A stretch of 63,993 bases of DNA, counting the filler, from Stramenopiles sp. TOSAG23-2 (taxonomy: Eukaryota): NCBI GenBank assembly GCA_900128395.1. It is 6 parts of 6 records of this genome, joined end to end, with 100 filler letters (N's around TTAATTAATTAA, not from the genome) between each part and the next. Parts side by side here need not be neighbours in the genome. Positions count along the whole stretch, not along the records: positions 10,931 to 21,753 come from LT649987.1; 5 more parts are not named here. One strand, given 5' to 3'. A program made the translations under genes and the position numbers. Positions 10,946-21,853 of the stretch are shown piece by piece. The notes under the pieces were generated by a model. The model had not been told where the DNA came from. It did not search any database and worked only from the letters and a program-made list of their open reading frames with translations. Within the stretch, counting starts at the first letter, position 1. Every line of letters starts with the position of its first letter.

Positions 10946-11796
10946 CAGGCCTTTCAACATTTTACTCTTGAAAATTGTGTTTTTCTGCCAATGTTTTCTG
11001 TTTTTCATTTCCTATCATATTTATACTTAACCTAGTACTTTTCATATACTCAGTAGAGCATCGGCGGAACCTTAAGACCTTAAGTTGGTTCCTTTGGTAG
11101 TTTGTTTTTTGGCCTACGGGTTTGGGTAGCAGTGTTTGCGTCGGCGTGATTGTTGACCATGTAGTCATGGTTTATAGTCACGGTCACGTGAATTGGGTTG
11201 GAGTACCAGTTTTTTTGTGTTTGGTACATTGTTATTTTAGATTTTCGTCTACGCCTAGCCATTCTCACCAGGAAAGGCCCTTTGGGTACACCTGGCACCG
11301 TTAAACTACATCGGTAGTTGTCAAACGGGGTGATCGAGAGAATTCATAATTTACCTGAGTTATGGAATTTGTTGAATAGTATTTTAGACCTAATGGTTTA
11401 GGACACTATCGGCAAGGTTCTTGGTCTGTTTGTAGTTCTGGAAAAGGTTGAAGGGAAATCAAGAATTTTCTGTTTTGGGGAACTAGTTGAAGGTTGGACT
11501 TTCAATTATTTTATGCTGGAGTGGTGTAATATATAACTCTGTGGATTTCAATGAACTCTATCGCAATGTTACGATTCATTGTCCATCTTTCAGTTTAGTG
11601 AGATAGATTTGTCTCAGTTATTGTATTCTTTCTGGAGAGTAGGAATTATCATTTGAGTAAATTAAAAATAAATTATGCATTAATTAAATATATATGCAAA
11701 TAAAACTTTTTTTAAGGTACACTTAAATCTCTTTTACAAACAAAAAAACCCCAGGCCTTTCAACATTTTACTCATGAAAATTGTGTTTTTCTGCCA
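10946..11796. mobile_element. Possible degenerate repetitive element bounded by 45-bp direct repeats
   Basis: CAGGCCTTTCAACATTTTACTC(T/A)TGAAAATTGTGTTTTTCTGCCA at 10946-10990 and 11752-11796 with one mismatch. The interior has no long ORF. 11595-11680 resembles 43245-43361 on another contig. Confidence 0.4.
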
Positions 11797-11867
11797 CATG
11801 TTTTATTTTATTTTTTTGTCTTCACATTGCATGTTGATTTTTTCCGCCCCTAAAATGAACAACTTTT

Positions 11868-14381
11868 TTATGCATGATCATAGATATCTAATGTATCTCG
11901 AATAATGACTGGCCCACCACCATATCTTTGCTTTAAATATGTAAATATTTTCTTATTGACACCTCGATAATGTATGATCTTTTTCAATTTTAACTTTGGT
12001 GTCTTTAAATCTTCTAGTAATAATGTTTCATTGGAAATTGGTGGAGGTGGTGGATACCCACTATATCCATTAAATCCCCATCGATATCGTAATATACGGC
12101 TAAATGAATTACTTCCAGAATCATCAAATAAAAATGCTTTCCAATGACTTAACCAATCCGCATCGATAATATACCATTTATCATTTGGTCCAATAACATC
12201 TTCATTCACATTTTCATTTTCTAAAATCATTCGGAAAAATTCCCTATCTAAATCACGTTTCCTTTCCCATATTTCTTTCTCACTTTCACATTCCTTGCAT
12301 TTATCAGAAATTGTAGTATGATTTTGAATGCGCCCATCAAATTCACCAAATAATTTTGCCATTCTGGCATACGTACATTTTGGTATTGGTACAAACTTAT
12401 CCACATAACGTTGATAACAATTACTATGACGACATAAAAACCTAAAATTATTAATAGGTCCAGGATGATATGATGTCCTTAATTTTTTTAACCAATATTT
12501 TGATACATATAATGATGACTGTAGACGACTATTGATATGTAATGACGATGATGATATTGATGCATTCATATTATTATTATTGTTCTTATAGCTATTGTTT
12601 CCTAATAATAATGATGATACTTCAACTTGTAATGCTTCAATACATTTCATACGTTTTAAATCACTCGGTTTTCGTTTTGTATAAATTAATATATACGCTT
12701 GGCGATCCAATATATCTTCTACATCACTTACTAATGTGATTTTATTATCATCGCATTTGTACCATTCATATAAATCATCATTATTATTAGTATTATCACT
12801 TCTTATTGATGATGGTATAATATTACTATGATGTTCCATTTCCCGTCTTACAAATGCTATATAATGCCCTCGTTTACAACTTGAACCTTGATGTTCTATT
12901 AACCCAATTAAATCATAAACAGCAGATTTTTCATTGTCCATATTATTACTATTGTTATTACCATATGTACTTGTTAATAATTCTTTCAAATTTAAATCAT
13001 ATAGAGGATAATCAATATTAGTTGATATTTTGACACTTTCATTTACTGAATTATATTTAAACCTTTTCAAATGCAAAATTAAAGTTTCGGGTGTTTCTTT
13101 AATTGATATTGTTTTAGTTGCTTCTACATGTTTATGGCAATTATTACAATGGTACAAATCATTCACACCTGATAACAATTCCATAGAAAATGTTTTTTTC
13201 AAACAATTTATCAATGTAACATCGTTTTTACTTATTGTTTCCTGAAGCTCGTTTCCACGTAACATTTTTTGGTCCTCTTCCTCTTTATTTTCAACGATAC
13301 TATCAGGTCGTTTTTCTTCTACAATCGTTGTTAAATTATTAATATCTTGATTGTCATTTTCACGAGCCATCGTATTATCATTGTTATCAATATTACCATT
13401 ATCATTATTTGCTGAAAATGTCGAAAAGAAACTCCATGTCCACCATGAAGATGTTGCATTATCTATTTTCTCTCTATCTCTATGAATGTCTTTCTTGGGT
13501 ATCTTCTTTTTATCCTCGTAATGATAAGTTCCATTCGTCTTTTTGTCATTATTATTATTATTATTATCACAATCATCATCTGGCAATTCAACAGTAAGTC
13601 CAGTCAAAAAACTTTCATATGTAATTGATAGATGATTACATTCTTTACATAATATATTACATTGTTTTAATCCGCCAAATGTGTCATTAACAAAACTCTC
13701 TTCAGTATACATATAATTATTATTGTACCGTCGTTTTTTATTTTTTTTACGTTTGTTTATTCGCTGACTATTATGATTATTTTCAAAAATAACATGTTGA
13801 CTGTTGTTATTTTTTATTTTAGATGGAATTGGTGCTAAAGTCATTTCATGGATAACATTTAATATGTGAATAAGAAATTCATGAGCATCTTGTTGTTTGG
13901 AACCTCTGAAATGGCTGAATAAACGAGCAAATAATAAACGCAATTTATATGGTGAGAAAAATACTTCTTTATCATCTTTTGCAATTTCAAGCGTATCAAA
14001 TTTCATATTTGATAATTTTTCTTCATTAGTATTTACAATAATATGAATAGCTCTTTCTATTTCATTGACTAAACGTCGCTTCAAATCAACAGTTCGGTCT
14101 TCCCTGGATGGAAATGGGCGAGCAGGTAATATTCCATCTATGTCATTGATATCTGATATTCTATTTGAAAATATATAACAATTAGCCAAAACTTGCAATG
14201 CGGCATTTAAGTAACACGTATTTCCTAAATTTTTCAATTTAATAGGTGACGTAGAATTATTATAATATTTTTTTTTATTTTCGTGAAGAATAATATTATT
14301 GTTACTACTTATAATTTTATGGGAGACTGCAGATGATATTGGTATAAACGACGACGATGACGATGATGAAAAAGACGCCAT
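11868..14381 (-). CDS. Ubiquitin-specific protease (C19) with C-terminal DUSP-like domains (USP20/33-like architecture)
   Basis: Cys box LKNLGNTCYLNAALQ, QQDAHEFL, LILHLKRF, His box GHYIAFV and WYKCDD. C-terminal PGPINN and WYIIDADWLSHW...PPPISNETLL...YRGVN...YGGGP resemble DUSP. Confidence 0.92.
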   Translation of the reverse strand: MASFSSSSSSSFIPISSAVSHKIISSNNNIILHENKKKYYNNSTSPIKLKNLGNTCYLNAALQVLANCYIFSNRISDINDIDGILPARPFPSREDRTVDLKRRLVNEIERAIHIIVNTNEEKLSNMKFDTLEIAKDDKEVFFSPYKLRLLFARLFSHFRGSKQQDAHEFLIHILNVIHEMTLAPIPSKIKNNNSQHVIFENNHNSQRINKRKKNKKRRYNNNYMYTEESFVNDTFGGLKQCNILCKECNHLSITYESFLTGLTVELPDDDCDNNNNNNDKKTNGTYHYEDKKKIPKKDIHRDREKIDNATSSWWTWSFFSTFSANNDNGNIDNNDNTMARENDNQDINNLTTIVEEKRPDSIVENKEEEDQKMLRGNELQETISKNDVTLINCLKKTFSMELLSGVNDLYHCNNCHKHVEATKTISIKETPETLILHLKRFKYNSVNESVKISTNIDYPLYDLNLKELLTSTYGNNNSNNMDNEKSAVYDLIGLIEHQGSSCKRGHYIAFVRREMEHHSNIIPSSIRSDNTNNNDDLYEWYKCDDNKITLVSDVEDILDRQAYILIYTKRKPSDLKRMKCIEALQVEVSSLLLGNNSYKNNNNNMNASISSSSLHINSRLQSSLYVSKYWLKKLRTSYHPGPINNFRFLCRHSNCYQRYVDKFVPIPKCTYARMAKLFGEFDGRIQNHTTISDKCKECESEKEIWERKRDLDREFFRMILENENVNEDVIGPNDKWYIIDADWLSHWKAFLFDDSGSNSFSRILRYRWGFNGYSGYPPPPPISNETLLLEDLKTPKLKLKKIIHYRGVNKKIFTYLKQRYGGGPVIIRDTLDIYDHA

Positions 14382-15859
14382 GATGCCAGCATGTATGAAA
14401 TTTTAAATGGATTGTCTTGATATCAATATATGTACACACTTCTACGAAGAGTATATATTACCATTGTTATGACGATTTTATCTTCTACTATTTTATTCTA
14501 TTTACAGTATTTATATTTGGCATGCTTTTTATAATATTTTTAAAAAACTGTGGACCCTACTACAAATTATTAGAGAGGATCCTTACAGGTACATTGATTG
14601 TGCCCTTAATAATTTATTTTTTTTAAAAACTTTTTTTTTGTTGTATGAATTACACCTTTTTACGAAGGTAGAAAATTTATTATTTTTGCTATTTGACTTA
14701 TTTCCATCTCGAATTATTATGCAAAGCTTTTGCTAATAATTTTTTACCTTCATCTGATAAATGCCGTTTGAGTTGTGGCGCAAACCGATTACTATCTGTA
14801 CCTTTTTGTTGAAAATCTTTCTTTGATTCTTTCAACACATCATTTACATTTGTAATTAAGCCATTTCCAATTGAAGTAATAAGATGATACTTAAATCTAC
14901 ATATTCTCGCCTATGTCACGCGGGCATTTTTGCTCACAGGTCCCATTGGGTTATCGTTGGTGTGGGATAAGTAATCGCAAAAAGAAGAGGGACAAAAAAT
15001 AAATGCACAATATAAATGTATACATGTAAATGTGTACAATCAATGAAGGATGTACATGCACCACACAAATATATACAGCGATTCAATCATCGAATAGTTT
15101 TCCATATTTTCAATTTTATTTAACACCAAGTGTAGAAGAAGTTGAAGAAGAGGAACGTCGCGAACGACAACAGAACGAACAAAGAACTGGAGGGGGGGAA
15201 GATTGGAAAGGAAAAAACAGAAATTTAGACAAATGATGAAAATGCGCACATAAATTTGTTCGTGCGGGGATGTTTGTCGTTTAATTATTTTTGCCACATA
15301 TATGTATCTCTCTACTTCTCCAATACGTGCATTACGTTGTATAATATGACAGATTATCTCTTTTTTTTTATATATTTATAATCTCTCGCTACAAAAAAGA
15401 AAGAATATATTATTTTGGCTTGTAAATTAAAGAGATAAATTTTGAGAGAGAAATACAGAGAACGTAATTGTACACACTTTTGTTCATGCTTTTTATATAT
15501 ATATATATATATATAAAAAATTCTCTTATTTATAATATGATTTATATAACATATGAGTAAGAGAAAAACACATATATGATATATAAAATGTTCTCTTACT
15601 CATATATATATATATATATTAAAAAAATAATATTCTATTTTTTATAATTTTTTTTTTAATTTATAAGACCCGGACAATCTGAGAATTTTAATTTTTTTCT
15701 TTTTTATTACTTCGCGTATTTAAAAAATGGCACTCATGATAGTACTAATTTAATATATGGTCCAAATTCAACAATTTTTTGTTCCAAGATTCACTCCCTC
15801 TCTCACTACTGGGATACAGGCATCTGTTGATAAATAAAATAATATCTCTCCCCAATCAC

Positions 15860-17038
15860 TCAACGTAAAAGATTCATTTGACTTGCAGTTCTAATCCCAG
15901 CAGGTGGTCTTGGAAGTTTTTCATTTCGATTTCTGCTTTCATAACCATAATCCAAACCTGCATCATAGTCATAATCTTCATCTTCCGTTACAGATGATAA
16001 TCTGTTATTACCAGATGATGAGAATGTTAATGTACTACCATTAATATTCATATTTTGCATTGATGCGGTACGAATTCCTGGTGGTGGTCTATGCTTTAAT
16101 TTTGTTTGTTGAATTTTATGATGTGGGATAGATCTAACATTATTACCACTAGAATATTGCGGATCGCTTCCTACATAACGTTGATCTAATACAGGTGCAT
16201 TACTCAAAATTTCTCCAACTTTGCTAAAACCTCTTCCTCTCGTATGAATATTTGGATCATATCGTGGTTTAACATTATTATATTGATCTGATGCACCTTT
16301 CACCATATTACGAATACCTGGTGGCGCTGGTGGCAATGCTCCACGTGCATAAGATGTATTATCCATCTCATAATTAAGTTCCTCATATGACAATGTAGTT
16401 GCATTTGATGTAACAGGAGCATTGGCATATTTATCCTCAATCGTGTCCAATACATCATCAACTAATGAATATCTTCTTCTTCTTTCCGGTTCTTGCGGTG
16501 GTGGTGCTGATTTCACTTTTTCAGCACGTTTTTTTTTAAATTTTTGCACGTGGTGTTTGCTATGCTTAGAAACTTTCTTCTCTTTCTTTTTCTTCTTCTT
16601 TTTCCTTTTATTGAATTTACCACCATGTGCTTTACGAATGTTAATTACCCATTTGTCAGCATCATCTGAGGAGACAGCACGAAGGCCATATGATTTGTAT
16701 TCAAGCACACCACTATTTGAACTTGCAAGTTTTTGACCTTGATGCCTTTCTGAGATTACATCAAATCTTAAACTTGATTTGTGTCCAGAGTGATTTGCTC
16801 CACGAGTAACCGTTATACTACCAATACTATCCTTGCCAAGGGGAATAATACCCCTTAAGTCATTGTACGTTTTTCCAAAGGAACTGACAGTCATCTTTTT
16901 GTAATATCTTAATTCAGTTGGATACAATATGAAATAACGTTTGTTCCACATTCTAAAATGTGCAATACCTTCCGTATTTTTTTTCTCTAAATAACCTTCC
17001 ATGACGACATCTTCTGCATTCCAACTACGACGTTCCAT
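15860..17038 (-). CDS. PH-domain protein with Pro-rich, disordered C-terminus
   Basis: MEGYLEKK...WNKRYFIL...LRYY...RGIIPL...ADKWVINI is a PH domain. Likely ATG at 17038. Confidence 0.85.
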   Translation of the reverse strand: MERRSWNAEDVVMEGYLEKKNTEGIAHFRMWNKRYFILYPTELRYYKKMTVSSFGKTYNDLRGIIPLGKDSIGSITVTRGANHSGHKSSLRFDVISERHQGQKLASSNSGVLEYKSYGLRAVSSDDADKWVINIRKAHGGKFNKRKKKKKKKEKKVSKHSKHHVQKFKKKRAEKVKSAPPPQEPERRRRYSLVDDVLDTIEDKYANAPVTSNATTLSYEELNYEMDNTSYARGALPPAPPGIRNMVKGASDQYNNVKPRYDPNIHTRGRGFSKVGEILSNAPVLDQRYVGSDPQYSSGNNVRSIPHHKIQQTKLKHRPPPGIRTASMQNMNINGSTLTFSSSGNNRLSSVTEDEDYDYDAGLDYGYESRNRNEKLPRPPAGIRTASQMNLLR

Positions 17039-17877
17039 ATTTATATTATTAATACTAATAACACTTCTACTAATAAAAAAAACAAAACAAAGAAACAATT
17101 GAATATATTTTGTGTATGTGTGTGTATATAAGCTTATGCGTCAACACTTAATGGTATATTCTTATCTTATCTGACTTGTTGTCGTCTAATACATCTCTTT
17201 CTCTCAATAACAATAATATCAAATATTTTAGATATCCGGATATGTATGTGGATTTGTGTGCCGCATTCCAGCAAAGCTCGAGCTACCGGCATAGTAATCT
17301 GGTATAATAATCTGGTAATAAGCCAGGATAGATCTACCAGCAATTTTAGCTTGGAAGACTCTGCGCTTTAGCTTGCCAGCTTGCCCAGCTTGCCAGAGTA
17401 GCATACAGTAGCTACCACTAGTACACTAGTAGCTAGCTCCACCTAACAAATATTCAGTGCTTTACTCATCCCTATAATGTTTAATATATTTTACCCTTAA
17501 TAATACTAAAATGGTTTCTGGTACTTTGCTACTTTGCTACTTTTTTGTTTAAGGTAGTACATAATATAATAATAAGTTTTGCGAAGCTGTATATAGTGCT
17601 ATTTAATGTATAATTATGAGAGGAATAATACATATTTTTCACATATACCCCTGGTATACGATACGATAAGAAATGTGTGTTATCAAATATATATATATTT
17701 GTAATATTAAGTTTGTCATCATGATATATCCGGATAGTAGTTGTCATCTTATTATACGTTAAGATGGATGGATAGATTCATCATTAATACATACTTTAGG
17801 ATAACTGTGTGTGTGTGTGTACGATATATGGTAAAAAATGGCCCCTTCATCTTGTATGCGAAATATTACAAAAAAAA

Positions 17878-18501
17878 ATGTTGGATATGATAAAACATTG
17901 TATTGCAAATTTTCCCTGTTTAAAACATTTAATAAATACAGGATCAACAAACAACAATGGAAAAATGCAAGTATATGATTCTTCTAATGAAAGACGACAA
18001 AAAAGATCTACGAAAAAAAAAAGCAAAGGAGGGAGCAAATATGGAAATGATAGACAATCAAAGTGGAATAGAAGTGGAAAATCGAATAGAAAGACTAGAA
18101 AATCGAAACGAAGATCTAACAATAACAACATTGTAACTGAATCACCAATACATGAGATAAATATTAGTGATATTAATGAGGATAATTGTGATAAAATGTT
18201 AGATAAAGTGTTAGAATTGGCAAACCTAGAAATGATAGAAATAAATAGTACGAATAATAATTCTACAAATGATGATGATGAAGACGCTATAAATACATTC
18301 AGCGATGATGATAGTAATGAACAATATGACCTTGAAACAGATGATAGTTGTGAATTTGATGAAGAATATTCATTTGATAATGTACGAAGAGTGGCACTTT
18401 CCAATCGTGGTCGACGGGTCTCTATATATGATATGGAATTTGATAATAATGATCAAACTAATAATAATATTTTTGAGGAGGAGGAGGAGCGAAAGGAATG
18501 A
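17878..18501 (+). CDS. Hypothetical low-complexity protein (basic then acidic)
   Basis: Open frame of >200 codons with genome-typical composition and no recognised domain. Start uncertain. Confidence 0.6.
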   Translation: MLDMIKHCIANFPCLKHLINTGSTNNNGKMQVYDSSNERRQKRSTKKKSKGGSKYGNDRQSKWNRSGKSNRKTRKSKRRSNNNNIVTESPIHEINISDINEDNCDKMLDKVLELANLEMIEINSTNNNSTNDDDEDAINTFSDDDSNEQYDLETDDSCEFDEEYSFDNVRRVALSNRGRRVSIYDMEFDNNDQTNNNIFEEEEERKE

Positions 18502-18754
18502 AAAAAATTAAAAAAATATTTACGAACTTCCAATAAAATATGTTAAAGTCCCTGAAAATTGTGTGTGTGTGTGCCAGGGTGTGTAAAAGACATAAAAAAT
18601 ATGTGTTCCCAAAATAATTTCATGCTCTTGTATTTTATAATAACAAAATTCATTTTTTCAAATCTGTGTCAGTTGTACATACGTCTATAGTCATATTATA
18701 TTTACACAAGATACATTACATACATTATATATATATGTACATACATACATCAAC

Positions 18755-19273
18755 TTACGATTTAAATTGATTTTTATACCATGCTTCAAATGAATTTGCC
18801 CGTGCTCTTGTAGTCCCATCTTTACCGTTTGCTTCATTAGCGACACTTTCAACAATCACATCATCAACAGTTTTATTTTTTATCATTAATTCCTGTTTTT
18901 GTTCAATAATTTTATTATACATTTTATTTACATTTTTACAAATATCTAATGTTTCTGATAATATTTTATCACAATCATTCTTTTTATCTGGTGACGGAAC
19001 GTACCTTCCCACGCTATCTAATTCAAGGCCAATTTCTCTCGAATCCTGCAACGTTTGTAATAATTTGGATTTGACATCATTGTTTTTGGGTATTATTTTA
19101 TTATGTATATGATTTTGAATATGCCATAATCCAACAGATGGCTCATTTACATAATTTATACAATATTCTGTAACATGTTTAGAAAAGTTCATTAATTCCG
19201 CTTTCGTCTGTTTCGGTACACCATCTTCATCCAGCTCATCAATCGTTTGAAAAATTTTTAACACAGGTTCCAT
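18755..19273 (-). CDS. BORCS8: BLOC-1-related complex subunit 8-like protein (BORCS8/MEF2BNB family)
   Basis: YVNEPSVGLWHIQNHIH resembles the family motif ANEPSVxLYRxQEHV, followed by a helical region. Confidence 0.7.
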   Translation of the reverse strand: MEPVLKIFQTIDELDEDGVPKQTKAELMNFSKHVTEYCINYVNEPSVGLWHIQNHIHNKIIPKNNDVKSKLLQTLQDSREIGLELDSVGRYVPSPDKKNDCDKILSETLDICKNVNKMYNKIIEQKQELMIKNKTVDDVIVESVANEANGKDGTTRARANSFEAWYKNQFKS

Positions 19274-19590
19274 GTTGTGATAATTATCTTACTTGTATAT
19301 TTCAACTATAAAATTTTATTTTTGAGTTTTTTGTACTGTGCATCATTTCTTATATTAATATTTAAATATTTCTATTCGAATTATTATTATAATGCAGAGA
19401 ACACGAGAGCGAGAGAGATTGAAAAAATCTGAAAATGCTAATTTAAACACAATTTAACCACAAAAGGGAATTATACATATTTTTAAATGTGTGTATTTTA
19501 AAACCACACCACACGTACATATATATAATATACAAATTTGTATTTTTACCCACTCTTTTATGTTCTCTTTGATGGTGTGTGCGTGTAATT

Positions 19591-21034
19591 TTATAAACCA
19601 ATCCATTCCAATTCTTCTTTTAATTTTTCACTATATTCTTTCTCTTTTAATTCTTTCACATTTAAGTTAGTACGAAATTGTTTTCCACCATCTTTGAATC
19701 TTTTAGTCATTTCAATAGTACGTTTTAATTTCTTCCATCGTTTCTTTGCTTTTATCTGATTTTGAAATTTGATAGCAATATTATGCAATGGCTCATCTGA
19801 GCAATTGCTAAAAAATTCATGTTCCATAGCAATTGATGGCGTTAATCTATCAGCTACATTTATAATTAACATTTGTTGTATAAGTTGTTTTGCATATCTC
19901 GACATTGGTGCTTCCTCTAAAGCTTTCCAAGATATTCCATCAACAATTTTGGATTTCAATATTGACCATTTGTTCGATGCAAATGGGAAATACCCTGTAA
20001 GCAAAAGGAAAAAACATACACCACAAGCCCACATATCACTTTCACAATAACCTTTCTTTTCTGTTATAATTTCTGGTGGGCAAAATAAATAGGTATGAAC
20101 ATCTCGATCTACTGGAGCAATGGCTGCTAACCCAAAATCACATATTCGAACTTTTCCATCTAGCCCTATTAAAAGATTGTCCGGCTTTAGGTCCAAATGT
20201 GCAATTTGTTTCTGTTTTAAAAAATCCAATGCGGATAAGATCTGTTTCATTGTATTAGATGCTGCTTTTTCACTGAGTTGAAATTCGATATTTTTATGAA
20301 AATGGCATTCTGTCAATGTTTCCATCAATGTCTTAGGGACATATTCTTGCACGAGCTATATAAGGATATTATATAATATAAATTTTGTTAGTGACATCAT
20401 TTCTATTATTGGTTTTTGAGAATGTGTTATATTATTATTATATAGAAAAAGATACACTTACATAAAAATTATCTTCCCCAGAAAAAAAATCAAGCAAATT
20501 TATGATATTTGGATGTACAACATCTAACAATAAATCTGCTTCATATTTCATCTGCTTTTCATATCCAGGCGAAAGTTTATCCCGTTTGATTACTTTTATA
20601 GCAACTGAATTATCCACAAGTTTATTTACATCATCTTTTTTTTCTTTTATAAAATTTTTGGTGACTATAAGCGTTGATTTTCGCTTTAAAATTTTTGTTT
20701 CATTTGTATCCTTTTTGGGTATGCATTTATACACGGTTGCATATGCACCTTTTCCTACTACGTTAATAAATTTATATTCTTTTAAAAACGCTTGATCCTT
20801 TTCTGATAATTCTTTACCAATATCTAATAATCTATTTTTTGTTTCCATATTTTTCTTCTCCATTTTCAAGTCATGATTATATGCTAAATTCAATATTTCT
20901 CTACCGTAATTTGGTAAATTGATAGGCGTTTCATATTCATCTATTTTCCTAATACATTTCTCATATGTTATTTTCTGCGTTGTCGTTCCCCAGTCATCTA
21001 TTGGCTTTCTTGATTTATCTTGTGTCTGTCCCAT
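19591..21034 (-). CDS. CaMK-group Ser/Thr kinase, two exons (21034-20462, 20355-19591)
   Basis: GKGAYATV, VAIK, HLDLKPDN, DFG and DMWACGV. A GTAAGT...TATAG intron at 20461-20356 joins NFY to LVQEY in frame. MGQ start (possible myristoylation) and a basic CaM-binding-like tail AKKRWKKLK. Confidence 0.92.
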
Positions 21035-21506
21035 TTCTTTTCTTTTTTCCTTTAATTGTATTATATATCGTATCTCTTTCTATAATACATTAACATAATA
21101 TTATTTTCTGCGGTGAAGAAGAGTGATGATATTCTAATTTTAATTGTTGTGTGTGTGATAAATTATTGGAAGTATTTTCAAGGAAGAATGAAATCGATTT
21201 TCTGCGGGTTTGTTGCGTTTCTTTTCTGATAGCATCGACACAGCATTTGTATCGTTTTGGGTGGGTATTATACTCAGAGTTTGCTTATCAGGATAGGATT
21301 ATTATAGTACTAATAAATATGTATCAGTACAGTAATAGACAAGAAACTTAGAGAGGATCCCTATGTCCGTATTACCAGAATGTAAATATTTTATATTTTT
21401 TCAAACACATAAATATGTAAAATGATCCATAATTGTATATATTATATCTAGATATTTCTATTCGAATTGTTGTTGATTTTTTACCACAGAAAAAAAAAAA
21501 ATTTCT

Positions 21507-21753
21507 TTAAATAAATTTATAAAAATATTTTTTACATTTAGTATTACCATTGCTACCACTACCATCGTAACCTGTAATCAATGATTTCACATCCGCAAAA
21601 CGTCCGTATTCACATGCGCATACCAATGATGAACAATTAGATCCAAATTCTTTTATATATTTCTTATTCAAATATGGATATTGTATAATTTTACACATTT
21701 GATATAATGTATCATCGTTTCGATTTTTACAAAACAATTGAATAAAGGATGAA
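21507..21753 (-). pseudogene. Ankyrin-repeat gene fragment at contig edge
   Basis: SSLVCACEYGRFADVKSLI is one ankyrin repeat. The frame ends soon after in AT-rich sequence. Confidence 0.5.
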
Positions 21754-21853
21754 NNNNNNNNNNNNNNNNNNNNNNNNNNNNNNNNNNNNNNNNNNNNTTA
21801 ATTAATTAANNNNNNNNNNNNNNNNNNNNNNNNNNNNNNNNNNNNNNNNNNNN

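Noticed and set aside
14730-14975. GC-richer patch with ATTTTTG (Sm-site-like) and a ~60-codon minus-strand frame without ATG
   Set aside because: I could not match it to any snRNA or protein family by eye. An Rfam search would be needed.
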